From assembly GCA_977020255.1 (NCBI GenBank), contig CDROCS010002694.1, forward strand, positions 620,001 to 684,000: a stretch of DNA of 64,000 nucleotides, written 5' to 3'. The notes beneath the pieces were generated by a model. It worked only from the letters and a program-made list of their open reading frames with translations, made no database searches and was not told the origin of the DNA. Below, one piece after another: positions 45,772-59,190 of the stretch (positions are counted from its first letter, which is position 1; every line of letters starts with the position of its first letter). Made by a program: the position numbers and the translations under genes. The DNA is from Obrimoposthia wandeli (taxonomy: Eukaryota).

Positions 45772-46080
45772 TTAAATTAGACCATGGAGGAGAGATGGTA
45801 GAGGAGCTTCTAGTTTCTGAACTTGTTTGACAACTGCAACACCATTGACTTGAGATGAATACAGCTCAGTCATTGTAGGATTGACAGGCGCCATGACGTA
45901 TTGCTTAGATAAGTTGAATAACTCTTCATTGACCATTTTCTGGGCTTGTTGCTTGAGCACATTTAAGTAAAAATTCTGGAAATTGTCTCGATGAAATTTC
46001 CCACATAAATGAGTTTTTCGAACCGAAGAAGAATCATGCGTCAAATACATGTCACAATAGTTGCAGTAATATTTCGAAAC
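45772..46080 (-). pseudogene. SNRPC: U1C (U1 snRNP protein C) duplicate; start codon lost, 3' truncated
   Basis: [30 protein letters not shown]; GTT replaces ATG relative to the 52248 copy. Confidence 0.85.
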
Positions 46081-46179
46081 TTTCAGGTAGATTTTATACT
46101 TCTCAATTTTCAAATTTGATAGTTACATAAGGAAATTTTGAACAAATATTTAATTAAAGTTTTATATGAAATCTAACCT

Positions 46180-46325
46180 GCGATAAGTAGGTGGTGTCAA
46201 TATGGATTCCCGTGGTCTTCTTTAATAACTATTGAGGTCGGATTGGAAATTCATGCACACATGCATTAAATTTTACTCCAAGAAAAACACATAAAATTGG
46301 TAAGGTGGATTAGACTGACACACAT
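46180..46325 (+). mobile_element. Decayed Polinton right-terminal fragment
   Basis: CTGCGATAAG..CAATATGGATTCCCGTGGTCTTCT and GTGGATTAGAC match 15797-15990. Confidence 0.75.
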
Positions 46326-47194
46326 GTGTTAGTTAACATAATAAATCAAAGACTGCAGTACAAAAAATGTTATTATAACAAAAAATATTATTCAAGAAGA
46401 ATATTCCGATTAAATATAATCACAATAAATAATATTTTTCAATTCGGTTATTCTGGTGAATTACAATGTCATCAAATAATATTTTCAAATGAAAACGATT
46501 AAATGTGGAAAAAAAAAGTTTTTAAAATGTTGAGTCAATTTCTTTTTTGTTACTAATATTTGCAGTAAATAGCTACTGCAACAGTATTGGTAATTATGCT
46601 GCAGTCCTGTCAAAAGTCGATCCTTTCCCCAGACTGACAGCTTGGATAAAGACCACAGACAGGGAATGACTGAGTGTGTCCGCAACAGAAGAGACTGTTG
46701 CAGCAAAACTTGACAGAGAAAATTTTCCTTAATTATTATTAATTTCCTTTTAAAAACAGACACACACAAACACATATCAGTGGTGAATGAGTAGTTATAC
46801 GAGTGAGTTATAGTGTGTGAGTTAATACAGATAGTGAATAAAAGGAGTAAGTGCGTGAATGAGTGAGTAGTTAGTGTTTGTGATGCTTGCAGTTTGTGCA
46901 TATGTGTATATTAATGCCATATTCTGGTGTAGATTGACGGCACGTGGTAGAGGGGAAAACTCCCATTTTTAACTCTGGCTTTGCGGGCGTTGAGTTCACC
47001 TTGAAGTTAGAGATAAGCATTAGCCATGCCCCTAAGAGCCTGGCAAGGCGAAACCGGTTAAGCCAATCGGATATAGACAAAAACTTGAAGGACAAATGCC
47101 AAAGTACATTCTACTAATTAACAATTCACTTAATTGGCTTTCCCAATTAAGGGAATTATTAAAACCCAAAAATATGCTCCTTTCAATTATTCTT

Positions 47195-47294
47195 AACACA
47201 TGCACGAAATTTCACTATACACACATGCATAGTTTAAAAAAACAGTGGTAACCCCGGGCGAGGCGGTGAATTATACCGGTCATATCCACTTACT
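47195..47294 (+). mobile_element. Second decayed Polinton terminus
   Basis: GAAATTTCACT..ACACACATGCA..ACCGG.CA.ATCCACTTACT matches the termini at 16006 and 24098. Confidence 0.7.
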
Positions 47295-48976
47295 GGCTTC
47301 TGCATGCACTTGTCTATTCTTTTTTCCAGCACTTCTTATGACTTCAACAACTGGAATCACTACTTCTTAGTTGTGTCTTTTATCTTATACAGCAACAGCA
47401 TACAGTGGTTCCCCTTGGCCTAGCCACTGTCTAAGTGAACACTTTATGCACAAAATATGTCACAACTAAAAATCACAAAGGATATTTGGATATTATAAAC
47501 AGCAATAAGTCTATCTAGAAAGAAACTGTCCCAGTGTCCGGAGCGCTTGACCGTTGTGTGAGAATTGCCACTCTGCTGTCTATGTAAGCAGTTCGTTGCA
47601 GATGACCTCTTCTACAATGCTGTTGTAGTCTGCTCATTCTTTGTCTTCTTCATCGCGCTAACAGCTATCAAATATTTCTCTATGGTCCCCTTCCCTCACT
47701 CTTCAGACTATCGAATATATCTTCCTCACTGGGGACCTATTTATCAATTAACTGCAACCAGACACACATGCACTTCTCTAGCATATTTTTTAGGTGTGTA
47801 TGACCACTATTTAACTATAAATGAATATGTAATGGTATCCAATAATAAAATGTAACGAATCTAATAATATTAAGGGCAAAAAAATCTATTTTTTTAAAGA
47901 ATGAAAATTCTGATAATGAAAAATGAACACTGTTATTTTTTTGTGTCAGCATTTGTAGAAATGGTGCTTTTATTTGAAGGAGAAAAAATCGATAGTCGAC
48001 ATATGAAAGAACATATGCACATACTGCGTCACTCTCAGACAACGAATCACGATGGGCTAATAGTTTCTATAGTCACTGTTGTGCTGCTGGGTTACAGTAA
48101 TGGCCGCACTGTGGAAAGAAGATGTGGGATAGAGGAGTAAGATAAAACCGATAGAGGAATCCGACCAGGGAGATACTTTACCAAATTTTAAATGATGGTA
48201 CTTATAAAAATAATGTTTTTATTCAAGTATAGCAAATTTCTAAAGAAAAAAAATTACCACCTCGAAATCTATAGGGCTTTGAGCTCCAACCTTAATCCGG
48301 CCAGTCAAATGCCATATATTCTATGGGAAACTTAGGAGGGAACCAGTTAATAAGTCTGTATAAATGATACAGATATAATTTTATATCGGTACAATTGTTT
48401 TCTGCACATTGCAGAATTCAGGCATTAACTAGTATATTATAAATTGTACAATATAAACAAAATGTAATAAAATGAATAAAAATTAAAAATACAAACATTG
48501 TTTTAATAATTTTTGAAATTATTATAAATATATATAAACACTGTAAAATTTATACCTTTATTTTTCAAATTCATTTATTAACTGCTATTTCATTATTTAT
48601 TGGATACTTATTGTATTTTAAATTTATATTATTTCTAGTTACTGAAAATAATGAGTATTGAATTTCTTCATGTAATTTTATTTTAAATTTAGTAGTTGAT
48701 ATTTCAACAATTTTACTATTAAAGGTTTAACAAAAGTATACATTACTTATAGTTAAACGTAGATAATTATGTTATATAAATGTTTTATTTAAAAAAACTA
48801 CGTAATAACTCTTTTCATTCATACTTCTTTCCTTTATTGAGAATTAAAATTTTAATTTCAATTTATCCACTGAAATTTTGGTAATTTGTTATAGGCTTAA
48901 AGCCGAAAATCTTTTTTTATTTTTTTTCAATTTAGGATTAAATTGACAGTCAAATTTTACTGATAACAGTTTTTAA

Positions 48977-49343
<367 letters not shown>

Positions 49344-50879
49344 TAATGTTCAGTTATATTACAAATTATTTATATTTTTTGAAAATATCTGAACAAATTA
49401 ATTACATTTAACGTAACATTTTTAAGTTGAAATTTTTTAATTTATTTGTTATTTAGTGTTTTAATTAATTAAATATTATAAATAATATTTTTCGTTGTTT
49501 CTTTAATACTGCAGTTACTTTCGAATGCTCGACCAGTAATAATTAGATTAAGTAAATGTAGTATTTTGATGTTGCTTGATTACACAAATGACATGTTATA
49601 AGTACTGATTGCATATCCACTGAAAAAATCATTCGTTTTTAAAAATAGATTAACAGTTAACAATATAAAGTTTGACATGGTTATTTTAAACGAAAATGGA
49701 TATATTTAAACTTCAAAAAGTTATATAATTGTGAATAAGTAGTAATAATCAATACTATTATATTGCAAATCAAAATAGATTCTCTGATATACTTCATTGG
49801 GTTATTTTATAAAATTTTGTTTGAAAATGTGTCAAGGAGTAATTTTTAAATGATAAGTTTTAATTGGTACCTTTTAAAATAAACATTGAAACCTACCTAA
49901 AAATTAAATTATGTTAAAATTTCTTAACGTTCTAAAAAAAGGATTTATTTTTTGAAGATTTTTGAAGATTTTGTACTGATAGGGCCATATAATGTAGTTT
50001 GTGTATCAATTATAGCAAAGTTATATTTGATTGACTAATGTATTCTTGTTATTTAGCTAGATTTCGATATTGATTAGAACATATTTAAAGTTTTCTACTA
50101 TATTTCCTTATTTTGAGTTTCCGACCAACTGGAGTTAAGTTGGATTGCATATCTCGTAAATAACTATAAATATTTAGTTAAGTTTGTTTGATTTTAATCA
50201 ACCTGCACTTTGAACAACAATACTTTAAGGATATTTTGTTTCTAAAGTTTACTTATAAAACTAGTTAGAACACTAATAGATAATTATTTATGGAGTTTGA
50301 TTGAAAATTTGAAATGTTCGTTAACATTTACATTGTAAATAAAGTTCTCTCATTGGGTAACTCGAGACTCAAGCGTTGACACATCAAAACCGGTGTAAAA
50401 AAGGTATAATTTAATAGTAATATTTATTCAACAACACGTGAATACTTTATTTTAATATACTACGCAGATACACTGACACTCAATCACGAATACAAGGACA
50501 TGGTACTTATATATACGAAATTAATTTCTATATTGACACTCATCAATTAAATACACAATTTTATAGTTTCAAATGTTATTAAAATATTCCAAGAAGTAAT
50601 CATCTCATTTTTCTAACTAAGTTTATCGATTGACTATGGTGTGCAGCCTTACTATGATCGAACTAGTACTATAGACTTACTACGGCTATAAACGATGCAA
50701 ATGTAGATGAAATTGTAGTGGGCTTGACTAGGAGTCTGCAAAAGTCTACTCGATAATCTCAGGAGCTGTTTATTATTCATTTAAGCGATTTAAAGTTGCA
50801 TATATTCCGCGTTAGTTGATACAAATTCAGACAGACAGGTCGAATTTTCTGAGTTTTTTTAGAATTGTATAATACAGAT

Positions 50880-51522
50880 AATATTTAGATAGGGTGTGGT
50901 TGTCAGATGAAGCTTGTTTCAAATTGAATGGTCACCTAAACCGTCATTATTATAGGTATTGGTCATCTGAGACCCCAAGACAACTTTTAAAAATGGATGT
51001 GGATTTACCGTGCATTTTTCGTCATCTGGTATCATATGATCTTTCTTCTTTTTTTGGAGGAACTGTCAATGGTAAAAGATTCCTTAAAATGTTACAAATT
51101 CGAAATACACACCAGTTTAATTGTCAGCAGGACGGAACACCACCGCACTACAGCTGTATCGTTTGAGATTGGCTGACATAAATGTGTTGTCTTGGGAGCT
51201 GTGGTCTCATTTAGTAGCTGGCCTGTTCATCTGATTTCTTTTTATGGGGTATTATTAAGAACTTCGTGTATGCTCAAAAACCTCTAAATCTTTAAGAACT
51301 TAGATAAACTATCGTAGAGCAAACTGTTTATTGCAGATTAACGAAGTGTATCCCACACACAATTAGTAGTTTGGAGATTATGGATACATTCTGCTTAGGT
51401 TGTTTAAAACTGTTTAAGTCTTTTTACTATTGATGTGTATAATATGATTTCTATAATTAGTTGATAACATAAAAGTGTTTTTTAACTTGAAAATCGAGTG
51501 AAAATTTTTTAACACACTGTAT
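50880..51522 (+). mobile_element. Tc1/mariner-superfamily transposase relic with right TIR
   Basis: WLSDEACFKLNG, QQDGTPPH; ends TTTTAACACACTG-TA. Confidence 0.7.
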
Positions 51523-51888
51523 ATACCCATGTTGAACAAATTTAAGGAAGTTGCATTTGACTTATAAAACGTATTTACTAATTTCTCAACAACTGGATAT
51601 GACTATATTATATGGCTGAATTTTGATTATTTACTCGATAAAACAGCCGAAGAATTCAAACTAAAATCAACTTAATCAATACATTTTCGAATTCTTAGAT
51701 TTGAAACCAACATTTTAATTGTAGAAAAATGTGTTATTGTAAAATTGGTTTATAATATCTTTACAGGTTCAGTAGCATTGGAAATAGACTATCAAAAATG
51801 TCATAAGATCCAATAACAAGAAATAAAAAATATATGAAAATGCCAAATTTTATTTACAAGCATTACTGGCACAACATGCGGCATTGGG

Positions 51889-52248
51889 TCATTGCATCGA
51901 GTTTGTGGGGTAGTACATCGAGTTAGTGGGGTAGTGCATTAAATCGGATCCATGGAGGAGAGATGGCATAGGAGCTTCTAGTTTCTGGACTTGTTTGACA
52001 ACTGCAACACCATTGACATGAGATGAATACAGCTCAGTCATTGTAGGATTGACAGGCGCCATGACGTATTGCTTAGAGAAGTTGAATAACTCTTCATTGA
52101 CCATTTTCTGAGCTTGTTGCTTGAGCACATTTAAGTAATAATTCTGGTAATTGTCTCTATGAAATTTCCCACTTAAATGAGTTTTTCGAACCGAAGGAGA
52201 ATCATGCGTCAAATACATGTCACAATAGTCGCAGTAATATTTCGGCAT
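51889..52248 (-). CDS. SNRPC: U1 snRNP protein C (119 aa, intact)
   Basis: [30 protein letters not shown] has all four zinc ligands (C6, C9, H24, H30). Confidence 0.88.
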   Translation of the reverse strand: MPKYYCDYCDMYLTHDSPSVRKTHLSGKFHRDNYQNYYLNVLKQQAQKMVNEELFNFSKQYVMAPVNPTMTELYSSHVNGVAVVKQVQKLEAPMPSLLHGSDLMHYPTNSMYYPTNSMQ

Positions 52249-52599
52249 TTTCAGATAGATTTTCTCAGTTTTCAAATTTGATAGTTAAATGAGGAATTTT
52301 TAAACAAATATTTTATTAAAGTGTTTTATGTTTTTAATATTTACGGTTTTAAATGCTCTTTAGTTTATTATATGAATAATATAAGTTTGAAATGAATGAT
52401 AAATTAATCATACGATTTATTTGCAACAATTTAAGAAAAGGATGTCAATTAAAAATTGCATTCATTTTATTAACTCTTAAATCATACGCGTACAGCCTAA
52501 TTTTGTTTTGTTGCATCAAAATTAATTACAGGAAGAAAAGCTACGTTATTTATATCACAGGCCATCAATTTTTGCATTCATTTCTGTAAAAGGGATTGA

Positions 52600-52990
52600 T
52601 AATGAAACGTCGCTTAACAACAGAGTTGTACAGTAATATTTGGCACATCAAAATGAAGATAAACCAGCCGCAGTCTTTCATTTTGGGCGAGAAGTATCAA
52701 GAAAGACAGTTTTACTAATTGTAAGAATTTTATATGAAATAAACACAATTGAAAGAAAGAAAGGCACTCATAATGACATCAGCGAAGGTCAAATTTCTAA
52801 AGAAAATAATAATGTCTGAAAATGAGTCGAGTGTAAGAAATGTGACCAAACGATTTGGATGTTTATTACAACAGGCCAGTAGAACAATTCAGACAATATT
52901 AAAGTGTAAGAAGAAAATACAATGACACATATATTACTAAAGTCATGCATACTTGACGAAGAAAATATTTCAACCTATCCTGTTATCATA
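52600..52990 (+). mobile_element. Possible mariner N-terminal HTH relic
   Basis: Weak resemblance (VSRKTVLLIV..SVRNVTKRFG); heavily decayed. Confidence 0.35.
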
Positions 52991-53039
52991 TTTCTTGCAA
53001 TGTGGTATATTAAGTGAATGATTGAAAGGTCTTCTTGAT

Positions 53040-53700
53040 TTACATCAACGATGGAGAGAGGATTGTCGCCAAAAAATGGTAAGCGAGCAACTTAAACGTG
53101 TACGAGAAAGTCCTGGGTGTCAGCAATCGTTATAAGAAGATAATTTCGACATATGGAAGAAAGACTACGATTGTCATCTTTTATTCAGGAAAAAACAGGC
53201 CCACTACTACGAAAATTTGAAAAATACAAAGCAGCCTATGGAGGAAATAAGCCCGGAAGTTTTGAAAGTCACCATGTCACAGGTCCTTGCACTACCACCT
53301 GTACCCACAACTACAAATAATACAGCACTTACCAGTAAACGCAAAATTCCCGAGAGGAAAAAGAGTGAATCTGAGGGGTGCACCAAGCGTACTCAGATTA
53401 GTGATCTTTTTTAAACTAGAATGCTCAGCATCAGATAGGGTTGGGTATGCCGTTGTCGTTGTTGACATTCCCAAGGTGCTGAGTAATAACATCCACCCTA
53501 GTGAGAGGACCGTGGAACTAGTGATCGAATTCAACACATTGAACGTAGATTTGTGAAGAAACGGTTTACATTAGAGCATAAAAATGCTAAAGACAAACAC
53601 TACAAGCCTCGAAATGCAGACGCTGTTGAGAACCTTGATCTTGCCAAATAGTATCGTGCAAATCCCAAAGAAGCAATTAATCAGATTATGATCGATTGAT
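53040..53700 (+). mobile_element. Possible non-LTR (R2/NeSL-like) pre-RT ORF relic
   Basis: GC-richer disrupted ORF ending LAKYYRANPKEAINQI; no RT domain follows. Confidence 0.3.
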
Positions 53701-53949
53701 ATTCACAGTACACTGAACAGAGGAAACATATTTGGTTTCTTTGAAACTACTACTGAGGGCCATATTAAAATTTTTGTCCTGTCATACCCAAAAAACAGAA
53801 GTGTAAGAAGAATTTAGACAGTAGTTAACATTTATTATTTGACATTGTTTGATTTTTCAAAGGGCATCAATATCTGATCCAACAGTAGAAGTGCCTATTC
53901 TTAAGATACCACTGAGGTAAATATCATTCATTCTGCTTCTATGAACTGT

Positions 53950-55260
53950 ATTAACTTCTTTTATTGGAAAAACATTGTTCGCATCTATATGTACCTCCAA
54001 ATAATCAAACTTATTTCAAAGCATGTTTGTACAATTTGGGATAATTCTGATAGTTCATATAATAATTATAAAATTTTAATAAATCATTTTCTCGGTGAGC
54101 AGTTTACAATTTTTTAAGTATTAAATTTATCTCTGATTTGATTACTATTTCTTTTTAATCATTCACATCTTTAGCCAATTTCATAGCCCACACTGTGGAA
54201 TCCTATATATGTGCTATCTTTCTCAACCGTATTCGTCTGTACAACATAATGTCGTTGGTGTGTTCATCTGTCTAACTGATATTTTATAATTATCTATCAA
54301 ACATACTGTATTAACAATTAGTAGTTCGTATTTTTCTATGATCTCTCGTGATGGTTCGAACATAATTTGTCATTTATCTTCTGACAACGTGTGACCTTGG
54401 ATGACAAATTGTGATCTTTTACCGATTTTTATGGAATTTTCTATAATTACGTCTTTTTGATCTATCTGTCAGTTCGACGTACTATCTTTCAGTCTTGGAA
54501 CTTGTAAATCAATATTTATTCCTTTAAGCTGTGATAGTACATACATTCTAAAAATGGTTGGTTCAGGACAATCTCATAATTCTAACTGGTATAGTGATCG
54601 TATTACATCCTATTATAAATGTGAATGGTAATCTTCCTGTCACTTTTACAGTCTCTGTTGACCGATACCAAGAATTCGTCTGGTTCTGACATTGTTTGTT
54701 TCTGTTCCTCTGTCAATTAAGGCTTCTACTTTCAAATTATTTACTCTAATTATAGCTACTGGTCGCTGTGCTCCATTTACATTTCCCATATGTCATATCG
54801 TATTTATCGAATTGTTACTTTTTGTCTGTCCAATTCCTTTATTTGGAAATGGGAATCTGATATTTCTCACTTGTCAATCTATTACTATTCTTCAAATCGA
54901 AGACGTTGTAATTTCGTTCGCACACCTCAAACATGTTCTTACATGTCTGCAAGGTAGTAAATTTACTTCTAATTTATAATCATGAATACTGCACATTTTG
55001 GGTCTTCTAACATGTATTCTAGTTCATTTACGTACTCTAAGTGCACTCATCTTTTCTAGGTATTCCACGTCCTCTTCTAAAATATTGATTCTCAGCTTGA
55101 TAATCTGTTTGATAATCGGCTCATCATTATATCGTATTTCTTCACTTTGTCGTATCGTTTGATCAGCTTGTCTATCTCTGTATGCAGCATGCCAAATTGG
55201 TGAATCCAGATCTACAATCTCGGAAACTTTATCTTCTCTGACTTGTTTGGCTGTGTTCAT
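53950..55260 (-). mobile_element. Decayed LTR retrotransposon gag-RING-like-protease region
   Basis: Aspartic protease-like KVEALIDRGTETN in frame with the gag-like ORF 55024-55260 across stops; leader repeat upstream. Confidence 0.65.
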
Positions 55261-55299
55261 AACTGACTAATTACTTGTTCTGGTTGTACCTCGTTTACT

Positions 55300-56900
55300 A
55301 AATTTGTCAACTCATTGTTTGTTACTACAATATGTGGTTCATTGTCGAGTTATGTCAAGATAAATAAAAAGGGTCCTAAAACCAATGTAGAGTGGGGTAT
55401 TTAGCCGGTTAGGCTGGTTTAGAGTTTAGTTAAAAAGAGGTCTGGCTAAAACTAAACCGAAATATGTGAACAGAGTCGGAGCCAAGCGACGCTAACGATG
55501 TTCCTTCGGCAATACCAGGGCTCGAAACACCGTTACGTGGGTAGCTTTCGGCTAGCCTATAGATTAGTGGGTCTGACTATTTGGTAGGGTGCTTCTCGCA
55601 AAGATGAATTCTTAATGTTATTTTAATTACTACTTTTATTCTAAACACAAATTCCAAAGATATTAAAAAATGGTTTGGAAACTACTAAAACTCCTAGAAA
55701 AGTAGGAAGACACCTTCACACTCAAGTCTTACTTTGATATTCCTCTTATGGTAACACTTTGCTTTGTGTGAGTTTCACACCATTAATTCAGATACTTTTT
55801 AAAACAACTAACTAAACACTTCCCACAATTTGCTTTAATGTATTTTTAATACGGATAACTGATTACTTTAATACACACTGAATACTTTCACAATTACTTT
55901 CATGCTTTTTAATACGATCCTCACCGATTGCTGTTTTCATTCTTCAATCCGAATTCAAGGCTGGTAGCTTTTCCTCCTTGTAGTTCTTCCTTGCTCGGAT
56001 ATTTTGTTGTCCTACTATTTCCTTTTTAACTAAGTTTAGTTTGAATCGTTGCAATTTCTCCACGGTTCTCTTTCAGCTAACTGGAATTGACTTCCAATAA
56101 TTGACTGTATCCGGTTTAGATAGGTTGCTGGATTGCTGAATTAGATCTTATAGTATGCTATTCTACAAGATAAATAATCGTTATTATATAATAAACTACA
56201 TTTTTCCACAGCTTCTTCTTTCGCTAAATTGTGTTTTTCCGATTTCATTTGAGTCAACTAGCTCTCGTTTCTTTCGCAATTCCTTGTGTCCCGGAGCTCT
56301 TGTGTTATTTCCTCTATCAGCAAGTCGCTCCAAAATCGTATCTAATTATTTCACTGGTCATAGCAAACAATCAATATCTTATATATAAATTTTCTGGTTT
56401 ACCTTTGTGCTGTATAAGCAATGCACGATCGGATGCAGGTTTCGCTCGTCAAAAACAAGCCGTGACGAATTGTTGGTTGACTGGTTTGATTTTCGACGAC
56501 ACCGACTACAGTAATTATTCACCTGTAAGGGTATTCATTAAAACATGTTTTTGAGAGAGACCGACACCGAATCACTTATAGATGCATTATTTAAAAGCTT
56601 GGAAAGGTACTATTATAGGTGAAGCGTGAAATTTTCGGTGACCGGACACCCTTATAGGTGGGACCCCTTATAGGTGAATAATTACTGTAGTGCCTGGTTT
56701 ACTGATCGGAATGCGATCTATATAACTTTATATATAACCTTATCTTCTCTTATCGGTCTCAATATTCTACGGCCTTTTTGTACACTTTTCTTTTATACAC
56801 ATTTCATGACCTCTTCAAGGTCACAATTTATTTAATTTTATTTTAATTCTAATTTAACCTTGTTTGTTTTTAAGGTTAAATTTCCACTATAAATAAATAT
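55300..56900 (-). repeat. LTR/leader-like repeat family, copy 2
   Basis: Homology to 27300-28600. Confidence 0.6.
56509..56687. mobile_element. 179-bp Tc1/mariner-type MITE
   Basis: 23-bp TIR CAGTAATTATTCACCT(G/A)TAAGGG, flanked by TA on both sides. Confidence 0.85.
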
Positions 56901-57869
56901 GTTTTTTATCTATATTTTACTAATTTTTCTAATCTAACAAACATATGTATCACCTTTTCCACTTGTCAATTCAACATCCTACATATCAGCTTCATGCAAC
57001 ACGACTAGAGTGGTCACTTTAAATCCAAAATTATTTCTTTTTTATTCTAGATAATCCATCGTTTCTTAAAAAACAAAGGAAATTTAAAAAATTGGAACAA
57101 ATATTTGTTAGCTATATAAAGTTAGCTATATGCATCACATATTATAGTTATTTTAGTTGATTCTACATGTAAAAACTTTGCAAATAATATTTGATATAAT
57201 AATGCAAACATTTGAAGAAAATTATATGTAAAACTTATACTTCAAATGTTAAATTTGGCATTTAAATATTGTCGGAACAGTTAAAATATTCTAAAAACAA
57301 AAGTACATATATTAACTTCATATAACTATTGATGAAAAAGTCATAAATGAAAGAATAGTGTTCCTAGAATCAATCATACAGCTAAAAGAAAAAGTTTTGA
57401 AATAATTTAGTAAGTAGTTCAAAAGAGCTTCGCAGCATTCGAGTCCAAATCAGCTAATGAGCAAATTGAAAGTTAATTTTGTACTATTAACGATGCACTC
57501 GAAATTACTCTAACAAATAAATTTATCTTACTGTCAAAGAAAAACACCCACAGATATGAAGGGCTAGTAAAATTTACAAAACAGATTTATGAAAAGCGTT
57601 CTGCACTAAAATCCCAAATGGTAGACATCTAATCAAAAATATATAAAAAAGGTTTGAAGCTCTTAAAAAAGAGGGAGATGTGACATAGTTGTTGATCATG
57701 TATGTTGTATGTTTGAATATTGTTCAGATCACATTGAACATAATATCCTCAGGGTGCATATTTGTTTAAATAAAGGAATACCCCGATTACTGCGCTTTAT
57801 AATTAATAAAGATTTTTTATTTTTTAAGTATTTGAATATTTAAATATTTAGAAATTTTGTTTGATTAAA

Positions 57870-58700
57870 TTACCAGTATTTTGGAGAAAGCTTGGATGAC
57901 GAAATCGTAGTTCGAAGATTGGTTTACAAACTGTTTCTGTGGTAAGGTTAAAAGTACTGTCACTCAAAAAATCTTGAACTTAAAATTTTGTTAATTTTGG
58001 ATGATGCTCAGCGGACTTATTGATTTGTGTGAAATCTGAATTTTTTAGCTACCCAATTTGATTTCGTTACTGCAGCCTATTGATAAGGGAGTGATTGCCA
58101 CGTTCAAGGTATACTACTTGCAGAAGACTTTCAGTCAAGCGATTGAAAAAACATCTAGAGAAAATCCAATGAATCTAATATAATTTGGAAAAGCTTTAAC
58201 ATAAAAACGGCAGTTGAAAACATTAATGAAGCTTGGAATGAAGTTACAGAAAGCAACATGAGAGGTGTATGGAAAAATATTATTCCTCATTGTGCAAATA
58301 ATTATCAAGAATTGGAGGTTGGTGTGATTCTTACCATAACAGAAGTAACTGGCCTTAGATTAGACATAGGATTAACTGGAATAGATAATGCAGGTGTACA
58401 AGATTTGCTTCAGTCTCATGGTAATGCTCTTAGTGATGAAGACTTCATTAATAGTGAACAGGAGCTGATGTGCGATTTTCAGAATGTCAAATCTGAAGAA
58501 TATGTTATTGACACAACAATAAAGAATTTACGCTAAAAGAGCTTGACGAAATGTTTCGTGATCTTAAATATCTCAAGCAGAAATTTATAGATGAAGATCC
58601 CGATGTTGATCGTGCAATGAAGGTACGTCGTGAAATAAACCGTGCAATTAGCTCTTTTTAAGTGATTATGACGAAAAAATAAGAAAAAGTCAAAGTAAAC
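57870..58700 (+). mobile_element. pogo/Tigger DDE transposase relic
   Basis: LILDDA, DKGVIATFKVYYL, MRGVWKNI. Confidence 0.8.
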
Positions 58701-59063
58701 AAATTTGCTACAATATTTTTTTTAAATGGCATTTTTTTAAGCACAGGTGGCTACAATAAATAATAGTTTCAAATTCATGTTTCGTTTTAATTTATTTCCT
58801 TCTCAATTCAAATTATTTTTAAAACTTGGCACAAATACTGTATATTTCATACGTTATTGTTCCCATTTATTGTGGGTTCAGTTATGGCGATTTTTCCCTG
58901 CCATAGTAGGGCAGCATTAACCGCAATAATCAGGGTATTCCTGTACTTAGGTAGGATTATATTTTTTATACCTTGTTTTATTATTCATAGGAGAATTGAA
59001 ACTATATTAACATTAACGAGAAAAACTGAATACAGTAAAATATTTTCCCTATTGAAAAGTAGT

Positions 59064-59190
59064 AATGCCAGAGCTACTGTTGATAAAATACAATTTTTTA
59101 ATATTAAATTTTTTATTTTTTATTTGCGTTCGATTTATGTATTCTCTAATAACATGTGATCTAACCGCAATAATCGGGGTATTCCTGTAT
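59064..59190 (-). pseudogene. Diverged fragment of the Polinton 90-aa gene
   Basis: VRSHVIRE..NRTQI shared with 13374-13646. Confidence 0.6.

Noticed and set aside
47300-48140. GC-richer stretch with ORFs 47565-47855, 47815-48042 and 47901-48140
   Set aside because: No recognisable motif in any frame.
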